Source of the DNA: Gammaproteobacteria bacterium
Lineage (GTDB): Bacteria; Pseudomonadota; Gammaproteobacteria; Burkholderiales; SG8-39
Assembly (NCBI GenBank): GCA_041499545.1
Contig: JBGQKK010000001.1
Coordinates: 1 to 39,457, forward strand
Direction of reading: 5' to 3'
DNA: 39,457 nucleotides
Shown: positions 31,497-39,457 of the stretch, one piece after another
How positions within the stretch are numbered: the first letter of the stretch is position 1
Layout of the letters: every line of letters begins with the position of its first letter
Translations under genes and position numbers: made by a program
The notes under the pieces: generated by a model
What the model was told of the DNA's origin: nothing
Database searches by the model: none
The model's input: the letters and a program-made list of their open reading frames with translations, nothing else

Positions 31497-33773
31497 TCAG
31501 AAGACGGTACCAAGCGTAAACTGGAAAACCTGCAGCGAGTCTCCATCTCTCTCGTTGAACGGCCTCGCGATGCTCAACTTCAGCGGCCCGATGGGCGAAT
31601 TCCACGCAAAGCTCATCCCCCACGCAGCGCGCATTTCCGACAGAGCCACCTTCTGGTTCGCGGCGTACACCTGGCCTGCATCGACGAAGACGCCGAGCCG
31701 CATCGAGCGGTCGTTGGTGTTCCCCGGCACCGGAAACAGCAGCTCGGTGGTCGCGTTGACCTTCCGGGTGCCCCCGAGGAAAGTGCCGTCGATGTCGCGC
31801 GGCCCCAGGGACGCGGTCCGGAATCCGCGCACGCTGCCGATCCCCCCCGAGTAATAGTTCTTGAAAAAGGGCAAGGGTTTTGAGCCGAAGCCGTCGGCCG
31901 CGTCCAACTCCCCGGTCATCACCAGGGTGAGATTGCGCGACGCGGGGTAGAAGTATTGATGGGTGTAGGTTGCCTTCCAGTACTCGAGGTCCGCGGGCGG
32001 CAGCCCCAGCTCGAGGTTCGCGCGCTGGAGGTGGCCTCGGGTCGGCCAGATCACGCTGTCCCGCGTATCGCGGACCCAGCCCGAGGTGTCGATCAGCGTC
32101 GTGTACCGGCTGCCGAACTGGTTTTCAAAGGCGAGATAACGCTGCGGGCTATTGTCGTCGAGAGTCAGCTTGACGTACTCGACTCCGAGACCGAAGAACA
32201 GGGTGTCGTATTCCGTGAACGGCACCCCGAAGCGCACCGCCGTTCCGAGCGTGCTGGTTCTGTAGTTTCCGACCCCCAGCGAGGCGGAATTCACGTCGCG
32301 CCGATACACGTCGAAGCCACGGCTGACGCCGTCGACCGTGTAATAGGGATCGGTGAAGGAAAACGAGGCGACCTTGTTGACCGTTCCCGCGGCAATCTGG
32401 AAGCCCACGGTGTTGCCGGTGCCGAAGAAGTTGGCCTGCTGCACCGAGGCCTGGAGAATCAGCCGGTCCACGCTGGAGAACCCCACACCCAGCAGGATCG
32501 CGCCGGTCGGCTTCTCCTTCACGCGAACGGTGACGTCCACCTGATCGGTCGTGCCCGGAACGGCCGGCGTCTCGACTTCGACTTCGGAGAAGTAGCCCGT
32601 CTTGTCGATCCGCTGCTTGGAGAGCTGCAGCTTCTGGCTGTCGAAGAAGCTCCCCTCGAGCTGCCGCATCTCGCGGCGCACGACCTCGTCGCGCGTGCGC
32701 GAATTGCCGACCACATTGATGCGACGGACGTATACGCGCCTCCCGGGATCGACCAGGAAAGTGAACCTGACGGTGCGCTTTTCCTTGTCGATGTCGGGAT
32801 TCGCATTGACGTTGGCGAAAGCGTAGCCTTCCCTGCCCAGCCTGTCGCTGATCGCCTTGGTCGAATCGGTGAGCTTTTCCCTCGAGAAGATCTCTCCGGG
32901 TTTGACCGCCACCAGAGGAAGCAGCTCGGACTCGGGAACGATCAGATCCCCCCCGAACTTCACGTCCGTCACCTGGTATCGCTCGCCTTCGGTGACGTTG
33001 ACCGTGATATAGATTTCGCGGCGATCGGGCGTGATGGAAACCTGGGTCGAATCGATGCTGAACTCGATGTAGCCGTTGTTCAGGTAGTACGAGCGCATCG
33101 ATTCGAGGTCGCCCTGCAATTTCTGCCGGGAGTACTGATCGCTCTTCGAGAAAAACGAGAATGGGCCCGGCGTGCGCAGCTGCATCACTCCGAGCAGCTC
33201 GTCCTCCGGAAACGCCTTGTTGCCCACGATGTTGATTCTCTTGATCTTCGCCGTTTCGCCTTCGATGATGTTGAAGTTGATAGCGACGCGGTTGCGCTCG
33301 AGCGGCGTCACGGTTGTCGTGATCTCCACGCCGTATAAGGCCCGGGTCAGATACTGGCGCTTCAGCTCCTGTTCCGCCTGATCGAGAAGCGCGCGATCGA
33401 AGATGCGCCCTTCCTGGAACCCGACATCGCGCAATCCCTGCTTGACCTTGTCCTTTTCGAACTCCTTCATGCCGGCGAAATCGATCGACGCGATCGCGGG
33501 CCGCTCCTGGAGGCTCACGATCAGCACGTTTCCCTGCACTTCCAAGCGGACGTCCCGGAAGAACCCGGTCGCGAACAGCGCACGAATCGCCGCCGAGCCT
33601 TTTTCGTCGGTCATCCTGTCCCCGACCTTGATCGGCAGGTAGTTGAATACCGTGCCGGCCTCGATCCGCTGTATGCCTTCGACCCGGATATCCTTCACCA
33701 CGAAGGGTTCGAACGCCCACGCCGACTCGGCGAGCGCAAGCAAGAGAATCGCCGCCCGCAACGCGTTTTCCAC
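31497..33773 (-). CDS. bamA: outer membrane protein assembly factor BamA
   Basis: 758 aa, GTG start, signal peptide ...LALAESAWA. POTRA repeats, then a C-terminal beta-barrel ending ...FQFTLGTVF. Confidence 0.96.
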   Translation of the reverse strand: MENALRAAILLLALAESAWAFEPFVVKDIRVEGIQRIEAGTVFNYLPIKVGDRMTDEKGSAAIRALFATGFFRDVRLEVQGNVLIVSLQERPAIASIDFAGMKEFEKDKVKQGLRDVGFQEGRIFDRALLDQAEQELKRQYLTRALYGVEITTTVTPLERNRVAINFNIIEGETAKIKRINIVGNKAFPEDELLGVMQLRTPGPFSFFSKSDQYSRQKLQGDLESMRSYYLNNGYIEFSIDSTQVSITPDRREIYITVNVTEGERYQVTDVKFGGDLIVPESELLPLVAVKPGEIFSREKLTDSTKAISDRLGREGYAFANVNANPDIDKEKRTVRFTFLVDPGRRVYVRRINVVGNSRTRDEVVRREMRQLEGSFFDSQKLQLSKQRIDKTGYFSEVEVETPAVPGTTDQVDVTVRVKEKPTGAILLGVGFSSVDRLILQASVQQANFFGTGNTVGFQIAAGTVNKVASFSFTDPYYTVDGVSRGFDVYRRDVNSASLGVGNYRTSTLGTAVRFGVPFTEYDTLFFGLGVEYVKLTLDDNSPQRYLAFENQFGSRYTTLIDTSGWVRDTRDSVIWPTRGHLQRANLELGLPPADLEYWKATYTHQYFYPASRNLTLVMTGELDAADGFGSKPLPFFKNYYSGGIGSVRGFRTASLGPRDIDGTFLGGTRKVNATTELLFPVPGNTNDRSMRLGVFVDAGQVYAANQKVALSEMRAAWGMSFAWNSPIGPLKLSIARPFNERDGDSLQVFQFTLGTVF

Positions 33774-33783
33774 TTAGGGAGGA

Positions 33784-35148
33784 TTACCCCGTCAACAGAC
33801 GGTTGAAGTCGTTGTAGATAGCGAACGCCATCAGGAACAGAAGCAAGGTCAGACCCAGCCGCTGGCCCAGCTCCATCGCTCGCTCGGAAACCGGGCTACC
33901 CTTGAAAATCTCGACGACATAATACAGTAAGTGTCCGCCGTCCAATAACGGAATCGGAAGCAGATTCAACACGCCGAGGCTGATACTGATGAGCGCGAGA
34001 AAAGCCACGTACGCGCCGATGCCGAGCTGCGCGGACTGGCCGGCGTAGTCGGCGATCGTCACCGGGCCGCTCAGGTTCTTCCACGAGACCTGGCCGATCA
34101 CCATCTTGCCCAGCATCTTCAGGCTGAATGCCGACGTTTCCCAGGTCCGCTCGATCGCGAGGCCGAATGCTTCGACCGGAGCGTATCGAACGAGCGTCAC
34201 CAGGTTCTTCATCGCCTCCGGGTCGAGCCGCGGAGCGGCGCCGATCCGGCCGATGCGCTCTCCGTTCTGCTGTATCGCTTCCGGTCTGAGTCCGATCTCG
34301 ATCGCGTCCCCGCCGCGCCGGATGCCGAACCGCATCGTCTCGCCGGGCCGACGCCTCACGGCCCTCACGACATCCTCCCAGACCTCGACTGCGCCGCCGT
34401 CGATCGAGACGATCCGGTCGCCGGATCGCAGCCCGCCCCGCTCGGCGACTCCTCCGGCCACCAGCTGGCCGACGACCGGCGCGACATCGGGCCGATCGAG
34501 CCTCAGTCCCAGACGCGCGAGCGGATCGCCATCGAAGCCCTCGAGGTCGAAGCGGGTGAGGTCCAGCGCGCGCCAGGTGAGCCGCTGCTTCGCGTCGATC
34601 ACCTCGAGCCGCGCAGGTTGCTTCTCGACGGCAAGCTGCAGCAGCCGCCAGCGGACCTGCTGCCAGCTCGCCATCGGCTCATCGTTTATCTTCAGTATCG
34701 TCTCGCCCCGCACCAGTCCGGCCGCCTCGGCGACGGATCCGCGCTCCGGCGTGCCGACGATGGGTTTCGCCTCCTGTACGCCGGCGACGAAAAGCATCCA
34801 GTAGAAGGCGATCGCGAGCAGGAAATTCGCCGCCGGCCCGGCGGCGACGATCGCGATTCGCCGCCACACGCTCTGGCGGTTGAAAGCCCGGTGAGCTTCT
34901 TCGGGGGCGACCGGACCCTCACGCTCGTCGAGCATCTTCACGTAGCCGCCGAGCGGCAATACCGCGACCACCCATTCGGTTCGATCGCGGCCGCGGTGGA
35001 CCCGCCACAAGGCCTTCCCGAAACCGATCGAGAAGCGCAGCACCTTGACACCGAATAGGCGCGCGACAAAGTAGTGGCCGAGCTCATGGAACACGATGAG
35101 CACGCCCAGCGCGACGACGAAAGCGACGATGGTGAAGACGATATTCAC
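33784..35148 (-). CDS. rseP: RIP zinc metalloprotease RseP
   Basis: GTG at 35148 overlaps the dxr stop (GTGA). [10 protein letters not shown] zinc motif, PDZ region, and a C-terminal [12 protein letters not shown] motif. 454 aa. The listed ORF 33784..36201 is an extension into dxr. Confidence 0.93.
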   Translation of the reverse strand: MNIVFTIVAFVVALGVLIVFHELGHYFVARLFGVKVLRFSIGFGKALWRVHRGRDRTEWVVAVLPLGGYVKMLDEREGPVAPEEAHRAFNRQSVWRRIAIVAAGPAANFLLAIAFYWMLFVAGVQEAKPIVGTPERGSVAEAAGLVRGETILKINDEPMASWQQVRWRLLQLAVEKQPARLEVIDAKQRLTWRALDLTRFDLEGFDGDPLARLGLRLDRPDVAPVVGQLVAGGVAERGGLRSGDRIVSIDGGAVEVWEDVVRAVRRRPGETMRFGIRRGGDAIEIGLRPEAIQQNGERIGRIGAAPRLDPEAMKNLVTLVRYAPVEAFGLAIERTWETSAFSLKMLGKMVIGQVSWKNLSGPVTIADYAGQSAQLGIGAYVAFLALISISLGVLNLLPIPLLDGGHLLYYVVEIFKGSPVSERAMELGQRLGLTLLLFLMAFAIYNDFNRLLTG

Positions 35149-36344
35149 GCGGCGTTGGAATTGAATCGGGCGACGATCTGGCCCGCGCGCATGCGCGCCC
35201 TCGCGTCGGCTGCAAGGACCTCCTCGAGCGTGTGGAGCGAGCCCGAGGCCATTGCGTTCAGGGTTTCCTCGATCACCGCGGTGATTTGCAGGAAAGGCAG
35301 TCTCCCCTCGAGGAACGCCGCGACCGCGACTTCGTTGGCTGCGTTGAGCGTCGCCGGCGCGGCACCGCCGCTCTCCAGCGCCGAATAGGCCAGACCCAGC
35401 GCCGGAAACCGGTCGAAATCGGGCTGCTCGAAACCGAGCGAGCCGATGCGGGCGAGGTCGAGCGGAGGGACGCCGGCGTCGATGCGTTCGGGATAGGCGA
35501 GCGCCTGGGCGATCGGCGTTCGCATGTCCGGATGCCCCAGCTGCGCGATCACCGACCCGTCGGCGTATTCCACCATCGAGTGCACCACGCTCTGCGGATG
35601 GACGACGACCTGGATCTGCTCGGGTCTGGCGCCGAACAGCCAGTGGGCTTCGATGATCTCCAAACCCTTGTTCATCATCGTGGCCGAGTCGACGGAGATC
35701 TTGCGTCCCATCACCCAATTCGGATGCGCGCAGGCCTCGTCGGGCGTCACGCGATGAAGCTCGTTGCGCGCGCGCCCCCGGAACGGTCCGCCCGAGCCGG
35801 TCAGCAGAATCCTGCGGATGCCCTTCCCGGCGAGCTCGCCGGCCGCGAACGGCGGCAGGCACTGGAAGATCGCATTGTGCTCGCTGTCGATCGGCAGCAG
35901 CATCGCATGGTTCGAGCGCACGACGTCCATGAACACCGGACCCGCCACGACGAGCGCCTCCTTGTTCGCAAGCAACAGCTTCTTGCCCGCCTTGGCCGCC
36001 GCGAGGGTGGCGCGCAGCCCGGCCGCTCCCACGATCGCCGCCATGACGCAGTCCACTTCGGGCAGGGAGGCGACCTCGACCAGGCCTTCCTCGCCGGTGA
36101 GAATCCTGCAATTTGCTCCGACGGCGGCGAGCCGCTCGCGCAGACGCGGCGTTCGGGCGCCGTCCGCCACGCAGACATAGTCGGGACGGTGGCGCCGGCA
36201 CAGATCGGCAAGCTCGTCGACCTTGCGGTTCGCGGTCAATGCGGTGACGCGAAAGCGATCCGGGTGCCGGGCGATCACATCCAGCGTGCTCGCCCCGATC
36301 GACCCGGTCGCGCCGAGTATTGCGATGTTCTGAAGCGTGCTCAT
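35145..36344 (-). CDS. dxr: 1-deoxy-D-xylulose-5-phosphate reductoisomerase
   Basis: ATG at 36344 overlaps the cdsA stop (ATGA). [17 protein letters not shown] motif, then LANKEALV and [12 protein letters not shown]. 399 aa. Confidence 0.95.
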   Translation of the reverse strand: MSTLQNIAILGATGSIGASTLDVIARHPDRFRVTALTANRKVDELADLCRRHRPDYVCVADGARTPRLRERLAAVGANCRILTGEEGLVEVASLPEVDCVMAAIVGAAGLRATLAAAKAGKKLLLANKEALVVAGPVFMDVVRSNHAMLLPIDSEHNAIFQCLPPFAAGELAGKGIRRILLTGSGGPFRGRARNELHRVTPDEACAHPNWVMGRKISVDSATMMNKGLEIIEAHWLFGARPEQIQVVVHPQSVVHSMVEYADGSVIAQLGHPDMRTPIAQALAYPERIDAGVPPLDLARIGSLGFEQPDFDRFPALGLAYSALESGGAAPATLNAANEVAVAAFLEGRLPFLQITAVIEETLNAMASGSLHTLEEVLAADARARMRAGQIVARFNSNAA

Positions 36345-37153
36345 CTCATGAACGCAAGCACCGCGAGCGGCAGCATGGCCACGGGCGCGTCGATGCGGTC
36401 GAGCACTCCGCCGTGCCCCGGGAGCAGCGTGCCGCTGTCTTTCACTCCCGCCTGGCGTTTTATCAGAGATTCGAACAGATCGCCAATGATTCCCACGACC
36501 GCCAGGCCCACCACGACCGGGAGGAACCATGCCGATGCCGCGAGGGCGCCGCCGACCTGCGGATTCCCTGGCGCGACCGCGCCCGCCCACACGAGCGCGT
36601 AGAGCGCGACCGCGACGAGGGCTCCGGCGACCCCTTCCCAGGTCTTCCCCGGGCTGATCGAGGGAGCGAGTTTGCGCTTCCCGAATCGCCGGCCGACGAA
36701 ATACGCGGCCGAGTCCGAAATCCAGACCGTGCCCATGACCGCGAGCAGCAGGGCCGGGGCCCCGCTTCGAAGATCCACAAGCGCCGCGCCAGCGGGTACC
36801 AGAATAAGAACGCCGACCACGAGCAGCACGGCTTGGTTGTCGAGGCGTTGCCCACGCAGGATCCAGAGCGGTGCTACCAGGATCCAGAACACGCCGGACG
36901 CCCAATAGACCCAGGCCGGCGCGTTCGCTTCCCAACCGTAGACGTAGCGCGGCGACACGAACAACAGGACCAGAAACGCCGTGTAGAAGAAACAGCCGGC
37001 CGACGCGAGCCTCGCCAATGCGGCCCATTCCCAGACGGCGATCCCGAGCAAGACGGCGCAAAAGATGACCCACCCCGGCTGCGGAAGAAAAAAAAGCGCA
37101 GAGCCAAACACCGCGAGCATGGCCGCGGCGGTCAGCGCGCGCGTCTTGAGCAT
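36341..37153 (-). CDS. cdsA: phosphatidate cytidylyltransferase
   Basis: Start at ATG 37153 ([16 protein letters not shown]...), polytopic membrane protein. C-terminal signature [28 protein letters not shown]. Confidence 0.92.
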   Translation of the reverse strand: MLKTRALTAAAMLAVFGSALFFLPQPGWVIFCAVLLGIAVWEWAALARLASAGCFFYTAFLVLLFVSPRYVYGWEANAPAWVYWASGVFWILVAPLWILRGQRLDNQAVLLVVGVLILVPAGAALVDLRSGAPALLLAVMGTVWISDSAAYFVGRRFGKRKLAPSISPGKTWEGVAGALVAVALYALVWAGAVAPGNPQVGGALAASAWFLPVVVGLAVVGIIGDLFESLIKRQAGVKDSGTLLPGHGGVLDRIDAPVAMLPLAVLAFMR

Positions 37154-37190
37154 GGAAGCGCGCGCGCCCCTGCCCGTGCGGCGGGGAACG

Positions 37191-37970
37191 CTACGCGATC
37201 CTCCGGCGGTGCTCACGCCTGGCCTTGTCGAGCTGCTCGCTAGTGCGTCCGAAGCGCCGCTCGCGCTGCTGATACCAGGTGATGGCCGCATCGAGCTGCT
37301 CGGCGTCGAAATCCGGCCACAGCGTCGGCGTAAAGTAGAGCTCGGTGTACGCGAGCTGCCACAGCAGGAAATTGCTGATGCGCTGCTCGCCGCCCGTGCG
37401 GATGAACAAGTCGGGCTCGGGGGCGTAGTTGAGCGCGAGATGCGGCGCGAGCTGCTCCTCGGTATAGCCCTCGGCGGGAAGCGGCACGCTCCTCACCAGC
37501 TTGCCCAGCGCCTGCATCAGGTCCCAGCGCCCGCCGTAGTTGGCGGCGATGGTCAGCGTGAGACCGTCGTTCTGCGCCGTCAGATCTTCGGCGCGGTGCG
37601 CGAGCTCGGCCACTCGGGCGCCGAACGGAGCGATGTCGCCGATGACCTTGAGCCGCACCCGGTTGCGGTGCAGGCGCTCGGCTTCCTGTTCGAGCGCCAC
37701 CACGAACAGTTGCCGCAGCGTCGAAACCTCCTCCGCGGGGCGGCGCCAGTTCTCGGAGCTGAAGGCGAACAAGGTCAGGTATTCGATGCCGCGTTCGGCG
37801 CAGGACTGGACGATCCGGCGCACGGCCTCGACGCCCTGCTTGTGACCCGCGACGCGGGGCAGGTATCGCTTCTTGGCCCAGCGACCGTTACCGTCCAGGA
37901 TGACGGCGATGTGCCTGGGCAAGCCCTTGGGCGACGGGATCTCGCGGGTCGAGCTGCTGAAGGAATTCAT
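37191..37970 (-). CDS. uppS: isoprenyl transferase (undecaprenyl-diphosphate synthase)
   Basis: ATG at 37970 (the listed start 37991 is a TTG). [16 protein letters not shown] and [23 protein letters not shown] motifs. Confidence 0.93.
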   Translation of the reverse strand: MNSFSSSTREIPSPKGLPRHIAVILDGNGRWAKKRYLPRVAGHKQGVEAVRRIVQSCAERGIEYLTLFAFSSENWRRPAEEVSTLRQLFVVALEQEAERLHRNRVRLKVIGDIAPFGARVAELAHRAEDLTAQNDGLTLTIAANYGGRWDLMQALGKLVRSVPLPAEGYTEEQLAPHLALNYAPEPDLFIRTGGEQRISNFLLWQLAYTELYFTPTLWPDFDAEQLDAAITWYQQRERRFGRTSEQLDKARREHRRRIA

Positions 37971-37987
37971 GTCTACGCTTCCTTGGG

Positions 37988-38551
37988 TCAAACGGCGATC
38001 AGCTCGGCCTCTTTCGCCGCGATCATCTTGTCGATGTCGGCGATATTTCTGTCGGTGAGCTTCTGGATATCGTCCTGGGCGCGCCGTTCCTGATCTTCCG
38101 ACGCCGCCTTGCTCTTCAGCAGTTCCTTGAGCGCGTGGTTGGCGTCGCGGCGAAGGTTGCGCACCGCGACCTTGGCATTCTCGCCCTCGTGCTTGATCAC
38201 CTTGACGAGGTCGCGCCGGCGTTCTTCGGTGAGCACCGGCATGGGTACCCGGACCATGTCCCCGTGAGAAGCGGGATTCAGGCCGAGATCGGAGTCGCGG
38301 ATGGCTTTCTCGATGGCGGCGAGCATCTTCTTCTCCCAGGGAGATACTCCCAGGGTGCGGGCGTCGAGCAGGCTCACGTTGGCCACCTTCGAGATCGGCG
38401 TCTGGGTGCCGTAGTAGTCCACGGAAACATGGTCGAGCAGGCCCGTGTGCGCACGCCCGGTGCGGACTTTCCCGAGATCGGTTTTCAGTGCCTCGAGCGA
38501 CTTGTGCATTCTCTGCTCGGCGTTCTTCTTGACCTCTGCCAGCTTATCCAT
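37988..38551 (-). CDS. frr: ribosome recycling factor
   Basis: 187 aa. ...[21 protein letters not shown]... and the C-terminal helical bundle. Confidence 0.96.
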   Translation of the reverse strand: MDKLAEVKKNAEQRMHKSLEALKTDLGKVRTGRAHTGLLDHVSVDYYGTQTPISKVANVSLLDARTLGVSPWEKKMLAAIEKAIRDSDLGLNPASHGDMVRVPMPVLTEERRRDLVKVIKHEGENAKVAVRNLRRDANHALKELLKSKAASEDQERRAQDDIQKLTDRNIADIDKMIAAKEAELIAV

Positions 38552-38573
38552 GGCTTTTCCTGTCCTCGCGGAT

Positions 38574-39299
38574 TCAGGCGTTCACGTATACCAGCGTGCC
38601 TTCATTCTCGCCGGTGACGACGCGCTTCATCGCGCCCGCCTTGAGAATGCTGAAAACCGTGATCGGGAGCTTCTGGTCGCGGCACAAGGCGAACGCCGTC
38701 GCGTCCATCACCTTGAGATTCTTGCCTATGGCCTCGTCGAAGCTCAGCTTGTCGTAGCGTTTCGCGTCCGGATTCAGCTTGGGATCCGCGGTGTACACGC
38801 CGTCGACCTTGGTCGCCTTCAAGACCATCTCCGCCCCGATCTCCGTTCCGCGCAGCGCTGCCGCCGTGTCCGTCGTGAAGAACGGATTGCCCGTCCCGGC
38901 CGCGAAGATGACTATCTTTCCTTCTTCGAGGTAGCGGATCGCCTTGTTGCGGATGTAGGGCTCTACGACCTGCTCGATATTGAGCGCCGACTGCACGCGT
39001 GCGTTCAGGCCCGCCTGCTTCATCGCATCCTGCAGCGCGAGGGCGTTCATGATGGTCGCGAGCATGCCGATATAGTCCGCCGTCGCTCGGTCCATTCCCG
39101 CTGCGCCCGGCGCCACACCGCGGAAAATGTTGCCGCCGCCGATCACCACCGCGATCTCCAGGCCGAGCGCCGCGACCTGCGCGATCTCGCCGACGATGCG
39201 CGAGAGGGTCTCGCGGTTGATCCCATAGGAGTCCTCCCCCATCAGGGCTTCGCCGCTCAGCTTGAGCAATACCCGCTTGTATCGCGCGGCCGCGGCCAT
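38574..39299 (-). CDS. pyrH: UMP kinase
   Basis: [15 protein letters not shown] and IGGGNIFRG motifs. ATG at 39299 lies 2 nt after the tsf stop. The listed start 39329 would overlap tsf. Confidence 0.94.
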   Translation of the reverse strand: MAAAARYKRVLLKLSGEALMGEDSYGINRETLSRIVGEIAQVAALGLEIAVVIGGGNIFRGVAPGAAGMDRATADYIGMLATIMNALALQDAMKQAGLNARVQSALNIEQVVEPYIRNKAIRYLEEGKIVIFAAGTGNPFFTTDTAAALRGTEIGAEMVLKATKVDGVYTADPKLNPDAKRYDKLSFDEAIGKNLKVMDATAFALCRDQKLPITVFSILKAGAMKRVVTGENEGTLVYVNA

Positions 39300-39300
39300 C

Positions 39301-39457
39301 TCAGGCTGCTTCTTCGGATTCGTCTTCATCCTTCTTGGCCTTGCTCACCTGCGCCATTACCTCGGCGGCAAAATCGCCCGACTTCTTCTCGATGCCTTCG
39401 CCCACCACGTAGAGCACGAAGCGCGAAACGGACGCCCTGTTTGCCTTCAAAAGGGCC
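39301..39457 (-). CDS. tsf: elongation factor Ts, 3' end (partial, continues beyond the window)
   Basis: The reverse-strand frame reads ...[40 protein letters not shown] with TGA at 39301-39303. This matches the conserved EF-Ts C-terminus (FxVGEGIEK...DFAAEV) and the tsf-pyrH-frr order. Confidence 0.85.
   Translation of the reverse strand, partial: ALLKANRASVSRFVLYVVGEGIEKKSGDFAAEVMAQVSKAKKDEDESEEAA

Noticed and set aside
33774-33783. GGGAGGA on the plus strand between rseP and bamA looked like a strong Shine-Dalgarno for a hidden plus-strand ORF.
   Set aside because: No ATG, GTG or TTG follows at a suitable distance on the plus strand, and the region downstream is antisense to rseP. On the coding (minus) strand it reads TCCTCCCTAA between the rseP stop and the bamA GTG, so it is just a pyrimidine-rich spacer.

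Overview
Visibly GC-rich proteobacterial chromosomal DNA. Gene order looks betaproteobacterial: frr-uppS-cdsA-dxr-rseP, and smpB/ratA/rnfH next to guaBA. The window is almost fully coding: I call about 40 CDS plus partial genes at both edges, many joined by ATGA/GTGA overlaps. I saw no tRNA, rRNA, CRISPR array, transposase, integrase or phage gene. Core blocks: (i) 150-3546 (-) mltG-tmk-holB-tatD; (ii) 3595-5676 (+) ygfZ-DUF4936-NRDE; (iii) 14682-18649 (-) guaB-guaA-tadA-ldt; (iv) 19289-20495 rnfH-ratA / smpB; (v) 20522-23870 ppsA / ppsR; (vi) 26897-39457 (-) the envelope/translation cluster tsf-pyrH-frr-uppS-cdsA-dxr-rseP-bamA-skp-lpxD-fabZ-lpxA-lpxB-rnhB. Compared with E. coli, dxr sits after cdsA and no dnaE follows rnhB. 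Accessory-looking content: (a) 24642-26945, a divergent EgtB-like synthase plus GT-B glycosyltransferase wedged between rnhB and a TrmH-family methyltransferase. I read this as a selenoneine-type (senA/senB-like) module with no local selenophosphate synthetase. It is my top candidate. (b) 6059-10537, a fused class II aldolase-SDR protein translationally coupled to mtnA and then to a transglutaminase-like lipoprotein. This may be a fused DHAP-shunt-like salvage route for SAM by-products. (c) 10552-14575, a Tat-exported two-subunit molybdenum hydroxylase next to an FN3 + 7-bladed-propeller lipoprotein. Many long ORFs in the six-frame track are antisense or N-terminal-extension artefacts of the high GC content and are rejected. 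All functional calls come from reading motifs in the translations. No database search was run.
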